The notes under the pieces were generated by a model. The model was not told the DNA's origin. It was given only the letters and a program-made list of their open reading frames with translations, and did no database searches. The position numbers and the translations under genes were made by a program. A DNA stretch of 62,690 bases, filler included. It is 15 parts of 15 records of this genome, joined end to end, with 100 filler letters (N's around TTAATTAATTAA, not from the genome) between each part and the next. Parts side by side here need not be neighbours in the genome. Positions count along the whole stretch, not along the records: positions 48,661 to 51,690 come from SRR7504441_28795; positions 51,791 to 55,974 come from SRR7504441_28839; positions 56,075 to 59,585 come from SRR7504441_28842; positions 59,686 to 62,690 come from SRR7504441_28991; 11 more parts are not named here. One strand, written 5' to 3'. Below are positions 48,661 to 60,065 of the stretch, piece by piece. Position 1 is the stretch's first letter; every line of letters starts with the position of its first letter.

Positions 48661-48985
48661 TCTTGGCGAGCCGTTCCTCCATGTTGGCCAGCTGCTCCTG
48701 CCGCTTGGCCCGACGGGACTCGGCGTCATCCGCCAACCTGGCGTCCGGATCCTGCTCTGGCTCGACCGAGTCCGCCCCAAGCCCTGTCTTCTGCCGCACG
48801 GCCGCGAGCAGCAATTCGAACCCATCGGCCAGCCGGTCTTTGAGCGCCCCCGCCGCGTCACCGGCCTGCCCGATCCGCTCGGCCATCGCCATCCAGAGCT
48901 GCGCCGCCCGCTCCGATAGCCCAGACCCCATCTCGGCTGCCATCACAGCCCATGAGCTCTCCTCTTTCTCTTCCATTCCCGCCAT
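48661..48985 (-). CDS. Hypothetical coiled-coil protein, 3'-truncated
   Basis: MAGMEEKEESSW...RRAKRQEQLANMEERLAK; coding-like codon usage; open to the linker. Confidence 0.5.
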
Positions 48986-49047
48986 ACGATAACGGTAAAG
49001 CCACAACGGAAAAAACGGCTGTCCCTTCGGCTCGATCTCGACGAACA

Positions 49048-50067
49048 ATGCCGGGGCCAATCAGCTGGAAGCCGGAGATCAGCGATGACATGAAAAGAAA
49101 GTTCGCCTCCGGGGCCCGCGACTTCGCTATCTCGCTAGCCTGCGGCGGGGGGGCTGGCGCAATATCCAAGACGGCAGTCGCCCCCCTGGAGAGGGTCAAA
49201 ATGCTCCTCCAGTCGCAGCACATGTCCACCCAGGCGCCCGGTCCGATCCCAGAGGCTTAATTGCCGGCGCAGGTGGCCCACCGCTACGTAGGGCTGTCGG
49301 ACGCCGCCACAGGGATCCTGGAGCGCGAAGGGGTGATGGCGTTCTGGAAAGGCAATTCGGCCAACTTGATCCGGATCGTGCCCAACGCCGCGTGCAAGTT
49401 CACATTCAACGACTACATCAAGAAGCAGCTGATCGTCAAGCCCAAGGACGCCAGCCTCGGTCAAAAGATCGCGTACGGTGTGGCGGCCGGCTCGCTGTCG
49501 GGGGGGCTCACATACTGCGTGACCTACCCGCTCGAACTAGCCAGGACCCGCATGTGCATGGACCAGACCGCCGCGGACGGCAAGCGGCTGTACAATGGAG
49601 TGTTCGACTGTCTAATGAAGACCACCAAGAACGAAGGCTTTTTTGCAATGTACAAGGGGTTTCTACCGACTGTGGCCGGAGGCGTGCCCTACCTCGGTAT
49701 GTCGCTCGGGCTGTATGACGTCTGGAAGGGGCTGCTACTGCCGGGGCCCGGCTGCGTGTATGGTGCCACTGACAAGACAGTCTGGTGGTACGACCTAGCC
49801 AAGTTCGGCGTTGGGGCCTGGAATGGTATAGTCAGTCAGACTGCCGCATACCCGCTCGACACTGTACGCCGGCGGATGGCGCTGGACGCGGCGCCGGGTC
49901 AGGCAAAGCTGTACGAGTCTTCTATTCACTGCGTCAGGAAGATCGTGTCCGAGGAGGGCGTCTCGGCTTTGTACAAGGGCTGCAGCGTGAATGCACTCAA
50001 AGCTATGCCGAGCGCGGCAATCCAGTTTTACTGCTATGACAAGCTCTCGCAGATGCTCCGCGGTTAG
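49048..50067 (+). CDS. Mitochondrial carrier (SLC25), adenine-nucleotide/CoA-carrier-like, one intron at 49234-49272
   Basis: Three Px(D/E)xx(K/R) signatures: PLERVK, PLELAR, PLDTVRRRM; also WKGNSANLIRIVP. Confidence 0.93.
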
Positions 50068-50250
50068 TCCAGCATGGCCAGCCAGTGTGCACCTATTGCG
50101 CCATGCATGGCTCACGATGTGATGCATGCATGCTGCGAGTCACTTGTTATAATTATAATTATCAGGGGGTAGGTACGAGAACAATGCGGATGCAGGACAT
50201 CGCGCAACTAGTTATAAAGAAGTTATACAGAGTCCTCGGCAATCTCCTGT

Positions 50251-50742
50251 TTAATGGTGAGGTGCAGCTGCGCACAATCCGCGTGCCGAGGCCTCGTCGT
50301 CGACTCGGCCACAGCTGCTGTGCCGCCATTCAGCTGGCGCGGCCCCGATCGCCCAGCACGTCTCACTGATCTTCCAGCGGTGGTAACTGGTTGCCAGGGC
50401 CACGAACCCCGCACAGTAAGCCTGCCACAGCCCGGGTGGGCACAGCGCGTCGGCCCGGACCGTGGCGCTGTGCACAAACTCTGCGTCGCAGCGGCAGATC
50501 TGGCATCCGTAGGCCGGATTCGTGTGGCTTCGCAGCGGGACAATGGCGCCCGCCAGCGCGGTGTGAATGCAGGCGTCGTGCTGCATACAGAGCGCGTCCG
50601 CCCCGTCCGCGGGCGGCAGGCGGAAGCCGAGCCCGTCTCCGGGTCCACAATAGCGGCCATAGAACGTGAGAGTCCGCCAGTCCGCCACCCAGAAAAGGAC
50701 AGCCACCGCCGCCACCAGAGCTGCCGGTGCCGCCCAGCGCAT
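50251..50742 (-). CDS. Secreted phospholipase A2-like protein
   Basis: Signal peptide; Ca-loop YGRYCGPG; catalytic DALCMQHDAC; downstream CD. Confidence 0.8.
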   Translation of the reverse strand: MRWAAPAALVAAVAVLFWVADWRTLTFYGRYCGPGDGLGFRLPPADGADALCMQHDACIHTALAGAIVPLRSHTNPAYGCQICRCDAEFVHSATVRADALCPPGLWQAYCAGFVALATSYHRWKISETCWAIGAAPAEWRHSSCGRVDDEASARGLCAAAPHH

Positions 50743-50841
50743 GTTATCGCTCTGCACGCTCCCTCGGCCGCTCCTCCAGCGTCGCTCCCCGCTGTGCGCT
50801 TGAGCTGCAGCCTGCGTCTGTTCGGACTTCAGCTTGGCGCA

Positions 50842-51690
50842 ATGGAGACAAGAGTTATTGCTGCCGAGCCTGCCGCTGAGCCTGCCGCCAAGGCTAAAGC
50901 GGGGCACCGGGCTGCGGACGTCAAGCTGCACTGGGCCTGCGTCAACGGGAGTGACCAGGGGGTGCAACACTGGCTCAAGCAGGGCGCCGACGTCAACCTG
51001 GCTATCAACGGTGTCAAGCCCCTGCACCAGTGCGCCGGCGGTTATCAGGACAACCCCGAGATCCTCGAGCTGCTGCTCCTGCACAAGGCCCAGCCCGACG
51101 TTCGGGTCAAGACCGGCGACCAGCTCGCAGCCACCGGTGACCGTGCCCTGGCGCAACTGGTTGCCAGCCCGCCGGGGCAGCGCTGCACATGGCGGCCTTG
51201 CTCGGACACGCCGGGGTAGCGCGAGTGCTGATCCGGGAGGGGGCCGACATGGCTAGCACCGACGCGGTCTGTAGGCTGGGTTGGGGAGCTGATCGGGGGG
51301 CAGGCCGGCCGGAGCCCCCGGGACATGGTGGGGCTCTTCCAAGATAAATTTGGGCACATCGTCGCAGAGCGGCAGCGCGAGATCAAACAGGGCAAGCAGC
51401 AGATCCTAGAGATGATCGACAACGGATCCCCGGACGAGCTGGTCGGCCCGATCAACAGCGCCGAACCGCCGCCGGCGTCGCCAAATCTGGACTCGCCTGC
51501 TGCACTGGCCACACCGATGGCAAGGGTGATCAAGCTGGAAGCAGCGATGCACCTGCCCGACCACAAGTTGGCCTCGCCCAACACTCCGAATCAGCTGAGG
51601 GAGCGGCTGGAGCGGATGGAGGCAGATCTGCTTGGGGATGTGCAGCAGGGCACGCTGCTGGAGAGGCTAGTGTCTAGATATCAAGAAGAT
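50842..51690 (+). CDS. Ankyrin-repeat protein, 2 introns, runs to the contig end
   Basis: LHWACVNG...GADVN...GVKPLHQCA, T|ALHMAALLGHAGVARVLIREGAD. Confidence 0.8.
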
Positions 51691-51790
51691 NNNNNNNNNN
51701 NNNNNNNNNNNNNNNNNNNNNNNNNNNNNNNNNNTTAATTAATTAANNNNNNNNNNNNNNNNNNNNNNNNNNNNNNNNNNNNNNNNNNNN

Positions 51791-54700
51791 ATCCAGCGGC
51801 GGGCCTGCAAGCAGGGGTTCGAATGCTGGTCTGGGCTGCTCCCGTCTGGGATTGATGCCCATGGAACCCAACTCAAGGAGGTCGATCACTACATGTCTAG
51901 CACTTGGGAGCTGCCACGTCAGCCGGCAAGAACCGGTCCAAGCGAATCTGACAGTTGCCGATTTGTGCTTCGCCAGCTTTTGCAGGCACTCGGGATCGCT
52001 GTGCTGCCGTGTTACCTGTTTGTCTTGGCATTACCCTCGATCTACATCATGCTTTATACAAGTATTTGGCCGTCAGCCCTGAATGGGTACCTGGCCCTGC
52101 CCGCCTTTGGCTTCTTGTTGTTACTGCTGTATTTTGTGGTGCAAATGCTGATGTTGGTGATGATGCACTGGTTGCTGGTCGGGCATCTGTATCATGGACA
52201 GCAGTGCCATGTGCACTCATGGCTGGCGGTCAGGATCTGGTTCACGGACTGTGTTGGTGGTCAGGTGTTTCTGCTGTTAATTTTGTTTCAGTACACGAAG
52301 TTCAAGCCTTACTACATGCAACTACTGGGAGCGCGAGATTCGATGAATTCAACCAGCTTCGGTCGGTTCCAATTTAGCATGGCGAGTCTCGTCGAGATCT
52401 GTGATAACACCTTTGTTAGCAATGCCCAATTCGGTACAAAGTCCAGTGTTGGCGACAACATGCTGCAATTTAACACAGTGTCCATTGGCAGATTCTGCGA
52501 CGTAGCCCTCAAGAGCTTGGTGGCCGGCACCGTGAGCGACCAGAGCATGGTGGGCAGCTTGGTATGGATACCAAAGGACCGAGTGGTACCATCCAAGCAC
52601 ACGGCTCTTGGGACACCGGCCAAGTTCGTCCAGATGGGCTTTGGGAGCGGGGATGTTCCAAACCTTCCTCAAACACCCTGGTTTGCAAGAGCCGCGCTCT
52701 ATGTTTACACAGTGATTGGAGTTCCGCTGCTCTTTTGTGCGGCACTGCTACCAGCGTATGAGGTGCTCTGGACGTACGACCGTACCACCCTGCAGTTTAT
52801 CGTAGGCGGCTGCAACCGTCCTAATTACCTGTATCAGTTTGGCCGCGAAGACTTATCACATCAGCAGTGCATCGACCTGGTGTCGCAGGTGGTCTGGTCG
52901 GTGTTCGACCCCTCAGATCCTAAACAGACGCTGGAGCGGCTGGTAGTGTACTCGTGCGCATTGTTTCTGATGCTGCCGGCCACCGCTGCGCTGGAAGTGC
53001 TCCTGAAGTGGTGCATAGTAGGGCGGTATCAGATTAGTGAAACCACCAGTTCCGATCCCGGTGGCGCTGATTCGCATGTGGCCCTGATGTTGAAGAACTT
53101 TATGTATCTGACTTTCCATTACCGGGCAGGCTTTGGTCGTCTTCAGCAGCTGCGCAGCACGCCCTTCTGGACCTCCTTGCTCCGGGCTCTCGGGTCACAG
53201 ATTGGGAACCGCGTATATAGCGACTCCTTTTCTCACCTCGACTTCGACCTGGTGTCAATTGGGCAAGGCAGCTGCATCAATGCTGGGTGCTATGTGATCG
53301 GGCATGCATTCCAGTACGGGGGTTTCCAGTTCAACGAGGTGTCCATCGGAGACGAATGTAATGCCGGCTGCGGGGCACAGATTGTGCCCGGAGTGACTTT
53401 ACAGGATAAGAGCAGCCTGTGTGCCGACTCCAGGGCGTTCAACGGCGAGGTACGCCAACCCACAGTTTGCTTGCGCTGATCAATGGGTGGGTCCAGGTGC
53501 TCGAGGAAGGGTCTGTCCATGCCGGAGTGCCTGCAAAACGGATGCTTGGGGTGAGACAGGCAATCGTGCTTGGTCCGAACGAGCAAATGCAGCCTACGAC
53601 TCGGCCGGTACACGCGACAGAAGGCAGGGCCCTGCCAGATGCAGACGAGTCCCAGAGACTGCAGGAGGAAATCGCGCTGCTGGCCATGCCCAGGGAGGGT
53701 GGGAGCCGTTGTGAGCAGGCGGTCTTGGCGCTGCGGGTAGTACAGTGCTTTCAGGCGGAGCTGCTCGCCTGGGCTGTTACCCGGAACGTCCAGGCGCATA
53801 AGCGGCTCTCCCAAACTGGACAGTTCAAGCAGTTCGAGACCCAGCTGGCCGCGCTGGTTCGGCTGTTTGAGCAGCTCCTCGACCAGCCTGTCGGCGACTA
53901 TCTGATGCAACAGTACGCGTTGCTCGAAATGGCGTACTCGCTGGTGCGCCGTGGCTCTAGCTTCTTTGGATCACGGTACATGGACAAGGAGCACAGCTGC
54001 TCGAGGCACGTTGGTCTGTTGGAACAGCTGCGCAGCATTGAGGAGCCATTGGCTCGATCTCAGACGGTGTTAAATGGACTAGATGATGGATGGCTACCTC
54101 AAGCGTTGGACATAGTCGGCCCGATCGAGAGGCTCAAGCAGGCAGCTGCCGTCGCCATCCTGAGAGTAGCCGAAATGGTGGCCAATGATGTTGAGTTGGT
54201 GAGGTTCCTGCACAACCAGGCCTTGGTACATGGGTTACGTGGGCACTGGCTTGCCGCATCGGTCCAGACACGTGAGGAGTTAGGCGGCCCGAGCGCTGAA
54301 TATCATCAGGCGGGCAAACAGTTCATGGAAGAGGTGTCACCGGGCTTGATGAGCACCCTGGAGAGTTATTGTGCGGCCCCTAGCCGAGCAGGGTGGCAAA
54401 TGTGTCTCGATGAAGTTCGGGCCAATCCAAGCTGCTTGAGGTTGTTGTCAGACAGGCGATGCAGCATGAGGCAGTTTCTTCGGGTCATGTATGCACTAAC
54501 CCAGCAGGAGGCAGACTTGGCTCAACTGATCGGATATCAAAACACTCTCAGCCGCATACCGCTCATGATGGCGTCAGACAAGATTAGACACGCCTTTGGT
54601 GAGCTACCCATCGGCTCTTATATGCTGACCGAAGAAACCGCTGGCAGCGACATGGCGACAATCAGTGCAAGTGTCGGCCAAAATCAGTTGTCTGGGACGA

Positions 54701-55647
54701 AGTTCTGGGGAGGCTTTGGCTGTGGCCGTGAAGCCTACGGAGATAAACTGCCCGTAGATTGGTACATAGTGTCGGCAGTCAATCAGCACACGTCCATGTG
54801 GGAGCTCGTCCTGGTCGATGGGGCTTCAAAAGGTGTCACCGTCGATTGCCAATGGGCGACAGCCGGGCTGTGCAAAACTCCTTTTGCACAGGTCACATTC
54901 AAGGATGTCCCTGTAGCCTTCTCTTGGGGGCAGACCTCCTGGCCAGTTGCATTGCAGACCATGAATATGACACGGTTATGTATTGGCGTTGCTGCATTGA
55001 GCACGCTCGACCGTGTTTGTGCGCTGGTTGGGGCCCAAGAGAACTACAATGCCATGACGCTTGGGACTTGCCGGGGCTTTGTCGAGCATGGTCTTAGTTT
55101 GCTGGATGCACTACTTTCCCCGGATGCCAGCGCAACTGATCCGCTTGATATGAACGTTTGCATAGCCATCAAGGTGCTGCTTCCAGACTACGCATTAGCA
55201 TTTGCAGAAGACTTGTCGTTAACACAAGGGAAAGCGGCATTTAGCGATGCCCAGAGTGAGTTCGTTGGCGAGAGCTTTCGCGGACATGTGGACAACCTGC
55301 GAATCTTGTGCATCTTTGAAGGTCCAAGTGAACTCTGGTATTCCGAACTGCTCAAACTGGCGAAGGATTTTGATCTTACTGAGAAGATGGCATTGTACCA
55401 GCCCAAAGAAGCAGCGCACTACATTGCATTGAATATTCTCGATGCCTTTGTCTCAAGACCTCCCGTGGAGTCCTCGGACAGTCAAGACGAGGCATTGCTG
55501 GGATCGAGCCTAAAGCGAGTGGGTCTAGAAGTAGATGCGAGCACAAGTGTACCGAAAACAACACATGCTTGGGTCCGGGCAGAGCAGGCGCGAGTGTGGG
55601 ACACACTATCCCGGTTCTGTAAATACAGTAACCTGACACAACCCTAA
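51791..55647 (+). CDS. Fusion of NRPS-terminal/Pls-like (TM + left-handed beta-helix) modules and an acyl-CoA dehydrogenase-like domain; 5'-truncated; intron at 53450-53496
   Basis: Two copies of TM pair + 'Y/FxxLLGA' + hexapeptide repeats (VSIGRFCDVAL..., SQIGNRVYSDS...DLVSIGQGSCIN...VSIGDECNAG). A 47-nt GT-AG intron restores FNGE|VLEEGSVHAGVPA. ACAD motifs follow: YMLTEETAGSD, GTKFWGG, VTFKDVPV, TRLCIG, LRILCIFEGPSE. Confidence 0.8.
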
Positions 55648-55665
55648 ACCTAAACCTAAGTAGAC

Positions 55666-55974
55666 ATGGAGGAAGAGAATAAGGAGAATTCAACTGCGGC
55701 AGATGGTATCAAAATGATCAAGAGTATACCAGTAAGCATACAGCTTGTCGACCTCTCCCAAAACCGCATTGGAAAAATTGAAAAGTGTGTGGTAAAGGCT
55801 GATGCGGCTGCAGAGGAGGCTGCAGAGGCTGCAAAGGAGGTTGCAGAGGAGCCAGCTGCAACCGACATGCGCGCATATTCTCTCAAGCAAGCCCACGCCT
55901 TCAACCAAGATCTGAGCGGATGGAAGGCACTTAGCTGTATTTTATTTTCAAGTTATCTTTATTCACTCCATAGT
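55666..55974 (+). other. Short mosaic ORF (LRR-like and BspA/DUF285-like fragments)
   Basis: LVDLSQNRIG, an A/E-rich stretch and TDM...AHAFNQDLSGW within about 100 codons. Confidence 0.35.
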
Positions 55975-56074
55975 NNNNNNNNNNNNNNNNNNNNNNNNNN
56001 NNNNNNNNNNNNNNNNNNTTAATTAATTAANNNNNNNNNNNNNNNNNNNNNNNNNNNNNNNNNNNNNNNNNNNN

Positions 56075-58139
56075 GAATGCCTCGAAGACACGTTGCGCTC
56101 CGGACTACTAGACTTAGCCTTCGGCACTGTGCTTGGCATTTTGAACAGCTGGGCCCCCTTGCCGTCCTGTGGAGTGAACGTGGTCTTTTTATACATTTTC
56201 ATCTTCTTGAGCTGGGCTGTGAGCACTTTGGCCAGCTCCCTTGTTGCTTCCATATCTACTTGCTCACACGGCTCAAAGTTGGGCCTCCTCGAACTCGATT
56301 GATCGTACAGCTGGATAGCAGGCGTGTAGAGCATCGCCAACTCTCGGTGCTCGATCTCAGTCGAAATTGCACAGTTATCCAGCACAAACTGATACCTCTC
56401 GGGTGCCGTGTCCAGCTTCAGGTCGATCAGATGCCTCAAGTCGTCCAACGTCGTCCTGGTGCCTATGGGCACCGTCCCAAACGTCTTCTCTGAGCCCCAC
56501 ATTTCGATAGCCAAGTCCTCACTAGCCTCGTCCTCGTTCCCAGTGCCATACGCGGGGTTGACTCGCGCCAGCTGAGTCCGCGCCACCCTCGAGCGCATCC
56601 AGGCGAGCATGGCCTCACTGCCCTGCGCCTGGACTTCTTTGGGCGGCGAGTGCAGCTTCATGTTGGGCTGGAAGCTAAAGCTCTCGAGCTCGAGTAGCCC
56701 CAGCTCCTCAGGTAGCATCGAGAGGCTGTTGAAGCCTAGCGTGAGCTCTTTGAGCGCAGAGCAGTGCATGATGGTGTACGGCAGCGCCTTGAGGTTGTTG
56801 TTGTTGAGTAGCAGCCGCTGGATCTTGGACATGTCGTTGATCGCGACTGGCAGTGCGATCAAAGAGTTGTACTGAGCATCGAGCTCCTCAAGCTCCAGCA
56901 ACATCTGGACTCCGTCAATCTTCTGGAAGTCGTTATTGCGGATCGACAGTCGGCGCAGGTGACTCATCTGGGGGATTGCAGTCGAGAACCTGCCAGCCGG
57001 CTTGCACCCAGCCGCGGGCGCAGGCACCTGTCCAATTGGTTAAAAGAAAGGTCGAGGTCCGTTAAGTTGGGCATGTGCGAGAGCATGTCGTCGGGCGGCT
57101 CGGACGGGGTGTAGGTCGGGTCTTGCTCCATTTTGACCACCTCGTCTGGGTAGAGGAAGCATCGCGAGCTCAACCCTAGGCTCGAGAGATTGAGCGTGCT
57201 TAGATTCACAGCGCGGCGGCCAATATGGTACACGTTGAACCGTATGGCCACGGGGAGCACTTCGAAGTCGTCTTCTTCCTCCTGCCCGCCGAGCATCCGA
57301 GACACCACACCCTGCTCTTCTATCAATTCTGTTTGGTGCTGGAGCTGGAGAGAGCGGAGACTCTCAGTGAGCGATAAATTGACGGTGTTGCCCTGGCTGG
57401 GCGTGAACGGCGCGCTCGGCAGCTGCATGATGTGGTTGCGCGACAGGTCTAGCTCCTCGAGCGTGTGTGACAGCACCTCCACGCCGTCAACGAATTCAAG
57501 CCTGCCATACAGCAATCAGCCGGCGCGACCCGTGTGCGCGCACGACCTGTTGGCTGCCAGGCTGAGGATTCTGAGCTGGCGCATCTCCTCGAGCATCGCG
57601 TGCGCTGGGATCACCCGGAACTTATTCCCAGCCAAGTCCAAGGTCTCCAGCGCGTGCGGGCAGCTCCGCTCCGCCGCGCTCACCGCCGGCAGGGATGCTG
57701 GCCCCTTGCCGTCCGGGTCTGTCAGCCGGTTGTGGCTCAGGATGAGCGTCTTGAGGTGCGGCAAGAGCAGCACCGCCCTGTGCACTGTGCTGATCTGGTT
57801 ATACCCGGCGTCCAGAGTCTCGAGTGTCTGGATCAGCCCGATCGTCTCAGGCAGCTCCTGGAGGAAATTGCCTGCCACGTTGAGCACCCGGCAGCAGCTA
57901 AAGCACGGGACCAGTCGGCCGTGCTGGGCCAGCCCCTGCAGGTCTCTGAACTTGTTGTTGAAGAACTGGACCGACCCGTACGCCCGGTCTGGGTAGCGCC
58001 GGCTCAGCACGTCCAGCACCTCCTCCTTCATCCGGGTCAGCCCCCGGTGCGACAGCGGGAGAACGTCCCCGTCCACCTCGTCGTCGGCGAACGCGGCGTC
58101 CACCGCCTGGTCCACAAGGTTGGAGCTGCTGGAGCCCAT
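56075..58139 (-). CDS. Leucine-rich repeat protein with a likely N-myristoylation site, 2 introns, 3'-truncated
   Basis: MGSSSS start; repeats such as [58 protein letters not shown] cap. Confidence 0.85.
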
Positions 58140-58248
58140 GGCTCGGGCCCAGCGCCGCACCCCCGCACAAGGAAGGCACCGACTGCCTCGGCCCAACGGA
58201 AAATCAGTGAATCGGCTTCGGAGGGCACTCCGACTCTCGTGCTCCCAG

Positions 58249-59461
58249 ATGGGCGCATTCCTGGACAAGCCGATCACCGAGAAGGAGACGGCCCAAACCA
58301 GCGGCAATGGGATCACTGCCACCGCCAGCCACATGCAAGGCTGGCGCGTCTCGATGGAGGTCCCCCCCCCGCCGCGCGGGCCGCCCGAACCGGCGGCGGC
58401 AGGACGCCCATCTGCAACTGCACCGCCTCCAGGGGCACAGTGACATAAACCTGTTCGGGGTGTTCGACGGGCACGGCGGCTCGTTCGCGGCCCAGTTTGC
58501 CGCTGTCAAGCTGGCCGACAAGATCGTCCAGACTTCGCACTGGAACGACAAGGCGGTACCACTTGCAGCCCGGGGCGCCGGTTCAGCCCCGGGGCAGGAG
58601 ATGTCGGTCGATGCGCTGGCGGAGGCGCTGAGGCAGGGGGCGCTCGACGTGGACTTGGCCTTGCGGGACGAGCCATCGGTCAGTCGCCCGCCGCACGCCG
58701 CCGGGTTGCGATGCGGCGCAGGTTCGGAGCGGGGAAGACCACAGCGGCACCACGGCCGTGTTCGGTGTGGTAACGCCCACGCACGTCATCGTGGCCAACA
58801 TCGGTGCGCCGATCGGTGCTCGGGCGGGGCGCTGAGTGCTGGGCCGCAGGTGATTCGCGGTCCGTGCTGAGCACAGGCGGCCGGACTGTTCCCATGTCTT
58901 TCGACCACAAGCCCACCGACGTGCCTGCCACTCACGGTGTTCAGAGGGCTGATCTGGCCGGTGCAGGCCAACGAGGAGAAGCGCATAGTGAATGCTGGCG
59001 GCATAGTGTCTCTGGGAAGGGTCAACGGAGATCTTGCGGTCTGCTGGCCCTGCTCGCCCGGCGCTGATTGGCTGTCGCAGGTGTCCCGAGCCCTCGGCGA
59101 CTTCTCGTACAAGCAGCAGGGCCACTTGGATGCAGTGAAGCAGCAGGCACAAGGCGTGGCAGCTGCGGGCTGAGTCGTGCTCCAGGTGAGTCCGGAGGCC
59201 GAAATAAATGTCGTGGAGCGGAGCGACCAGGACGAGTTTCTGATCCTGGCTTGCGACGGGATCTGGGACGTAATGTCGAACGAGCAGTGCACGCAATTCT
59301 TCCGCGAGGTGCCTCGAGCCCGCGCCGCCGTGAGTTGAAGCGGCGAGCAGGCATTGAAGAAGGGTCCAGCGGAGCAAGCTTGTGAGAGTTTACTAGACAC
59401 GTGTTTAAACAAGAAGAGCCGGGACAACATGACGGTGGTTCTGGTCGAGCTGAATCCTTAA
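58249..59461 (+). CDS. Protein phosphatase 2C (PPM1A/B-like), 8 introns
   Basis: [72 protein letters not shown]. Confidence 0.96.
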
Positions 59462-60065
59462 GGGGACACTAAGCGTGCTACATGTAGTGTTGCTCGTGTC
59501 ACTACACTACGTGTATGACGGTGTATCGATAACATTTGATGACATAACTCTAGAAACCGATTAAACAACATTTCAAACAACCAGANNNNNNNNNNNNNNN
59601 NNNNNNNNNNNNNNNNNNNNNNNNNNNNNTTAATTAATTAANNNNNNNNNNNNNNNNNNNNNNNNNNNNNNNNNNNNNNNNNNNNTTGATACATGTATTA
59701 TTGAATCTTCCAAATCGAAATAATGCCAATTTCTGTTAGGGAAATTTTGGCAAGAACAGAGCCCAGGAAGCCTACGATGGCCTAACGATGGCCGACGCAC
59801 AAGCTGAGTAGGGCGTCGAACCAGATGTCGAAGACCCCGCGCCCACCATGCGGTCGTGCAATCAGCTGTTCAAGACGGACTGGCATGGCTCGCATGCCTT
59901 GAGTGAATCCCACTACGTGCTAGCTCGTAGGGGACGTGTGTAACATGTGACACTTAGCGAATGATAGATTCTCGGCCGTCCCGGCACGTACCCTCCCCCG
60001 GAACTTGGATTAATCAATTGATCGATTATGCACTATCATGCGATTATGCAAATTGATTGATCGAA

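Noticed and set aside
58553-58597. GC-AG intron in PP2C
   Set aside because: An in-frame GT donor 3 nt downstream (58556) explains it equally well, so it was not counted.
5613-59461. Alternative genetic code or programmed frameshifting to explain the fragmented ORFs
   Set aside because: The breaks I traced in conserved genes are resolved by short introns, and TAA, TAG and TGA all occur as terminal stops.
5086-59685. Regularly recurring TTAATTAATTAA flanked by Ns as a biological repeat or CRISPR-like array
   Set aside because: It is an artificial six-frame-stop linker between contigs.
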